DNA from: Trichoplax sp. H2
Lineage: Eukaryota
Reading direction: 5' to 3'
Length of the DNA: 64,000 bases
Assembly (NCBI GenBank): GCA_003344405.1
Contig: NOWV01000010.1
Span: 1 to 64,000 of the forward strand
A program made the position numbers and the translations under genes. The notes under the pieces were generated by a model. The model was not told the origin of the DNA. It did not search any database and worked only from the letters and a program-made list of their open reading frames with translations. Of this stretch, positions 60,456 to 64,000 are shown piece by piece (positions within the stretch are counted from its first letter, which is position 1; each line of letters begins with the position of its first letter).

Positions 60456-63400
60456 TGCATTAGAGTTATCACCGAATACTTCTTATTTGATTAAATATTA
60501 ATTAGTCCACCGTTTAAATCAGTTCTTTTGTAAGAGACTCTGTATCTCTCGTTTGTTAGATTAGTTTGATGGCAGGAAGTTATATTAGCATGTGATTATG
60601 GTTGTCTCTAAAATTGCATTAGAAGAGTACATAAATGAAGGCATGAATTTGCGTATTACTGTCAATAGTAAACAACAATAATCCATCACGTGGCAACTTT
60701 TGTCTAAATAAACATACTCTAAGTACAAACGATTTATGTTATTAAAACCCGATCTTAAGTTAATTGTGCGCTTGAATGTTTATTACCAACATTTTATCAC
60801 TATCAGTGCTGGTCAAATTTTTAGCTATTCGATAGGTAGGATATTTACAACTACATACAGTTGTCTACTACTTGAGGAAATTTAATTAATCTCAAACCAT
60901 GCTTACAGTGACTTCAGTGAATCATCTCACGTTAGAATTTTCCTCAGTTTTAATAACTCTAATTTCGAGTTAGTGAATTGCGAACCAAAGGGATAATTTT
61001 ACTCATTCAAGATAATGGTATAATTTAAAGTAATGTGTAGATTTAGTATATGGTATTAAGAATATTCTTTAGCTTATTTCAGTTGGTTTGGTCTAATATC
61101 GCGGCTCTTAACTAAAGCTATGTACACAAAAACTTTTTATATAACATAGATCCCAAATATTCGTATGATATTAATGTATAGTTAAAAGTACAAGTACATA
61201 TAGACTGTGTACAGTGCTCAAAGTACCGTATAAAGAAAGTTTGTTCTACTAAGTTCAACTAACGATATCTAATTCATACTACATCAAAGATTATAATCCA
61301 ATAAATGTTTTCTAAAATCGCCCGTCTGTTATACATATCGTTGCAACTTAGAACGAAAATATTCATTTAGTAAATTTATGGGCTAAGCAAGATAATTTAA
61401 AATTCGGTAATATGATAAATTGTTCATTAGCAACTATAAATCACTTTGCGTTATGCTCGCTGATATCAGAATCAATAACTACGTTAAATTAAAATAAAAC
61501 TGGCCAAAATCCATAGATTAATTATAATCGCAGAATTATTCTTTGCAACATAATGGTTAGGTAAATAGCCAATTTCGTAAACTTACGGTAACAGATTTGC
61601 ACAATTACCCGGAATTACAATAAGGGAAAATTAACGATATGCCACTATATTACAATAATTATAAGTGTGGATGGAGTGAACTGGTGTCTGCAAATAACTA
61701 GTAGCTATTTACTATATGCCTATGTATTAGTAAGTGATACGATAATAGTATCTCGAAATGTATGAGATAAATCAGAATTATGAATTTGTCTGAGCAAGAA
61801 AATGACCATTGTCTAAAACTAGTTCTATATTAGAAACTGAAGCAATACTTGCCATTCATTACATCGTGTATGTTCGTATACGCGCATATTGCGGAACTGT
61901 GACTCTTATGAAGTCATACTGTTTACTTATATGCAATCATCGCTGGATTACGAGTGCATTTGTTCCGTAGCATATGTATAATATATACGCGTATACTATG
62001 TATATAGAGAGTGAGAAGTGAAATAAGTGAGTGACTGTAAATTATTGTAGAATATAGTATAGCTGTTAGCAAACAAGTATGTGAAACACCAGGAGCGGAA
62101 AGGTTATAGTATTCAAATCTTATTAATTTTACGTAAACGTACTATTACTGTACTCATAAGTATAGCGCTTTCATGGAGCTGTCAATACAATGCCCGTAGC
62201 TTGATTAAGGTAAACTGGTTGGCTTTACTGGAGTCAGTACCGTCAGCGAAGTGATGGGTATTTGAGCTAGTATCGTACATCTAATTGCTACAAGTCAAAT
62301 GGTAGCTTGATGCCTTAATTGAAACTGATGTTGTAAGTCAAGTACTCGTACGTGTTAAATATATATTTACTTAATGCCTGTCATGAACTATAGCAGTGAC
62401 CACAGTACGAGAGTTATAATTAGTACTGAATCGTAAGGGCAGACGAAATAAATTAAACTCTATTTACTGATTGCATCATTATCGAAAAAGATTTGTTAAT
62501 AAAGGTAATACACAAATTATGGTCTTTGATTCGTATGCCTGAATACAGAGCGAGTTCAGCTCTTCTATTAAAACTTATAATCACTTTCTATTGCAGTTCA
62601 GATATACGAATTATATTTAATAGCATTAGAATCAAATCAAAGCTATCTACTGATGTTAACTACAATCAAATCTATATTAGGAAGAGATTATATAATAATA
62701 AAATTATCGACTAGAAAGTAATGCTAATATTAATTAATTGATATTTACAGTAGCAACTTAGTCTAGGGGTACATATAGATGATCGTGCAGTTTTCTGATG
62801 AAAAATTTACAATCACTTGATAAATTTCTTAATATCAGATTTACTTTTGTAAATAGATGATTGCGAGTATACAATACTGTATACGTTACAGCTTCAAACA
62901 AATATAGGCCTAGATGCATAAACAATACAGCAAACTTGCTCTCTAAATACTATGTTATCATGCTAAAGGGGTTAGCAAGTAGCCATATATCACAATATTT
63001 ATCTGAAGGCAAATTTATTAAGTATTAGTTGAACGTAAAGTAATTTATCGGTTATTGTCTATTTGACAGCCCTAAAATTGATGGAGTCTAAACGCCGAAA
63101 AATCAGGATAATTCGAAGATAAAATTTCGCTATTATGTAAAACGCGTTTCTTAATTGAATGAATTTCAGATGTTTTTTAATACCTGCATACAAATAGATC
63201 TCTGAAAGTTCGTTACCTAAGACTATATTTTATTATTTGCAAAATTTTTGTTTACTCAAATTTAATAATAAATATCGAAATCATATTGCATGTATTAGTA
63301 CTTTTATATATAATGTTCTATGAATAGTTTTGAAAAGAATCGCAATAAAGTAAGCTATTGAATAGGTCGTATGTAACATTATGTTACCTTTATAATTAGA

Positions 63401-64000
63401 TTTATTAATACCAATTTTATTTGAAAGTGTCTATTTCAAAAATTATGTTGGATTTGCTCCATATAATGTAACTTTAAAGTTCCTGAAAAGGTGTATACTC
63501 TACAAAATTCTTCTGAATATAAATGGTAAATTTTTAAAATGTTATTTATGAACTACCAGATAGGTACTAATAAAATATACAAACACTACGATCAGATTAA
63601 CCTTATAATCTATGTCAATTATTTATTAATAGTTCGTAACTGTTTTAGTTTATCAAGAAGCATTTATCTCATGATACTTAAGTTATTTTATTAATAAGAT
63701 GTAAAAATTATTGATAAGACCACATCAATGACTGAAATAATTAGTTAATTTTAAGACTTATCAATCAGCAACACTTTTAAATGATGCGTTATGATTTTGT
63801 GCGAACTTTTTCTAGACTTTGACATACCGTGAATTAATTCCTGAAATATGAGATTTTTGATAATTTATGGTTAAATTACCAACTCATTTCTGTTACGTTA
63901 AAGTTGTAAAGTTATCAGTGGATCTGATACGTTACATTGTACACTGCTACATGTATCGAATTTTTAGGTTAACACCCAATCATATAATGTTATCGATTTT

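Noticed and set aside
60500-64000. Gene in the final 3.5 kb (ORF 62493-62714)
   Set aside because: AT-rich random-like ORF with no domain or exon chain; treated as upstream/intergenic DNA.

Overview
AT-rich, intron-dense animal genomic DNA with mostly ~70-300 nt GT-AG introns. The compact style and the frequent TACAGTA/TACTGTA words suggest a basal metazoan such as the placozoan Trichoplax; this is an inference and was not verified. Six spliced genes could be traced by hand: (1) the 3' part of a very large receptor protein tyrosine phosphatase with at least 17 FN3 repeats, a furin site, a TM helix, an active D1 and a dead D2 (+, 99-12353); (2, 5) two divergent, oppositely oriented paralogous Ig+3xFN3 single-pass receptors with gp130-like features and tyrosine-motif tails (-, 17765-22343; +, 47900-52646); (3) IFT74 (-, 32114-38599), with a U12-type intron and an apparent 5-nt micro-exon; (4) GCDH (+, 40096-43857), with a GC-AG intron, head-to-head with IFT74 across a TACAG/CTGTA repeat; (6) a kinase-less 4xEGF-2xIg-4xFN3 receptor with EPIYA-like tail motifs (-, 54210-60455). 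A 222-bp near-perfect palindrome with AG...CT ends and 6-bp direct repeats (Polinton-like termini) lies in a segment that appears three times between N-gaps; the triplication is probably an assembly artefact. The most interesting candidate system is the group of orphan non-catalytic Ig/FN3 phosphotyrosine receptors next to the giant RPTP.
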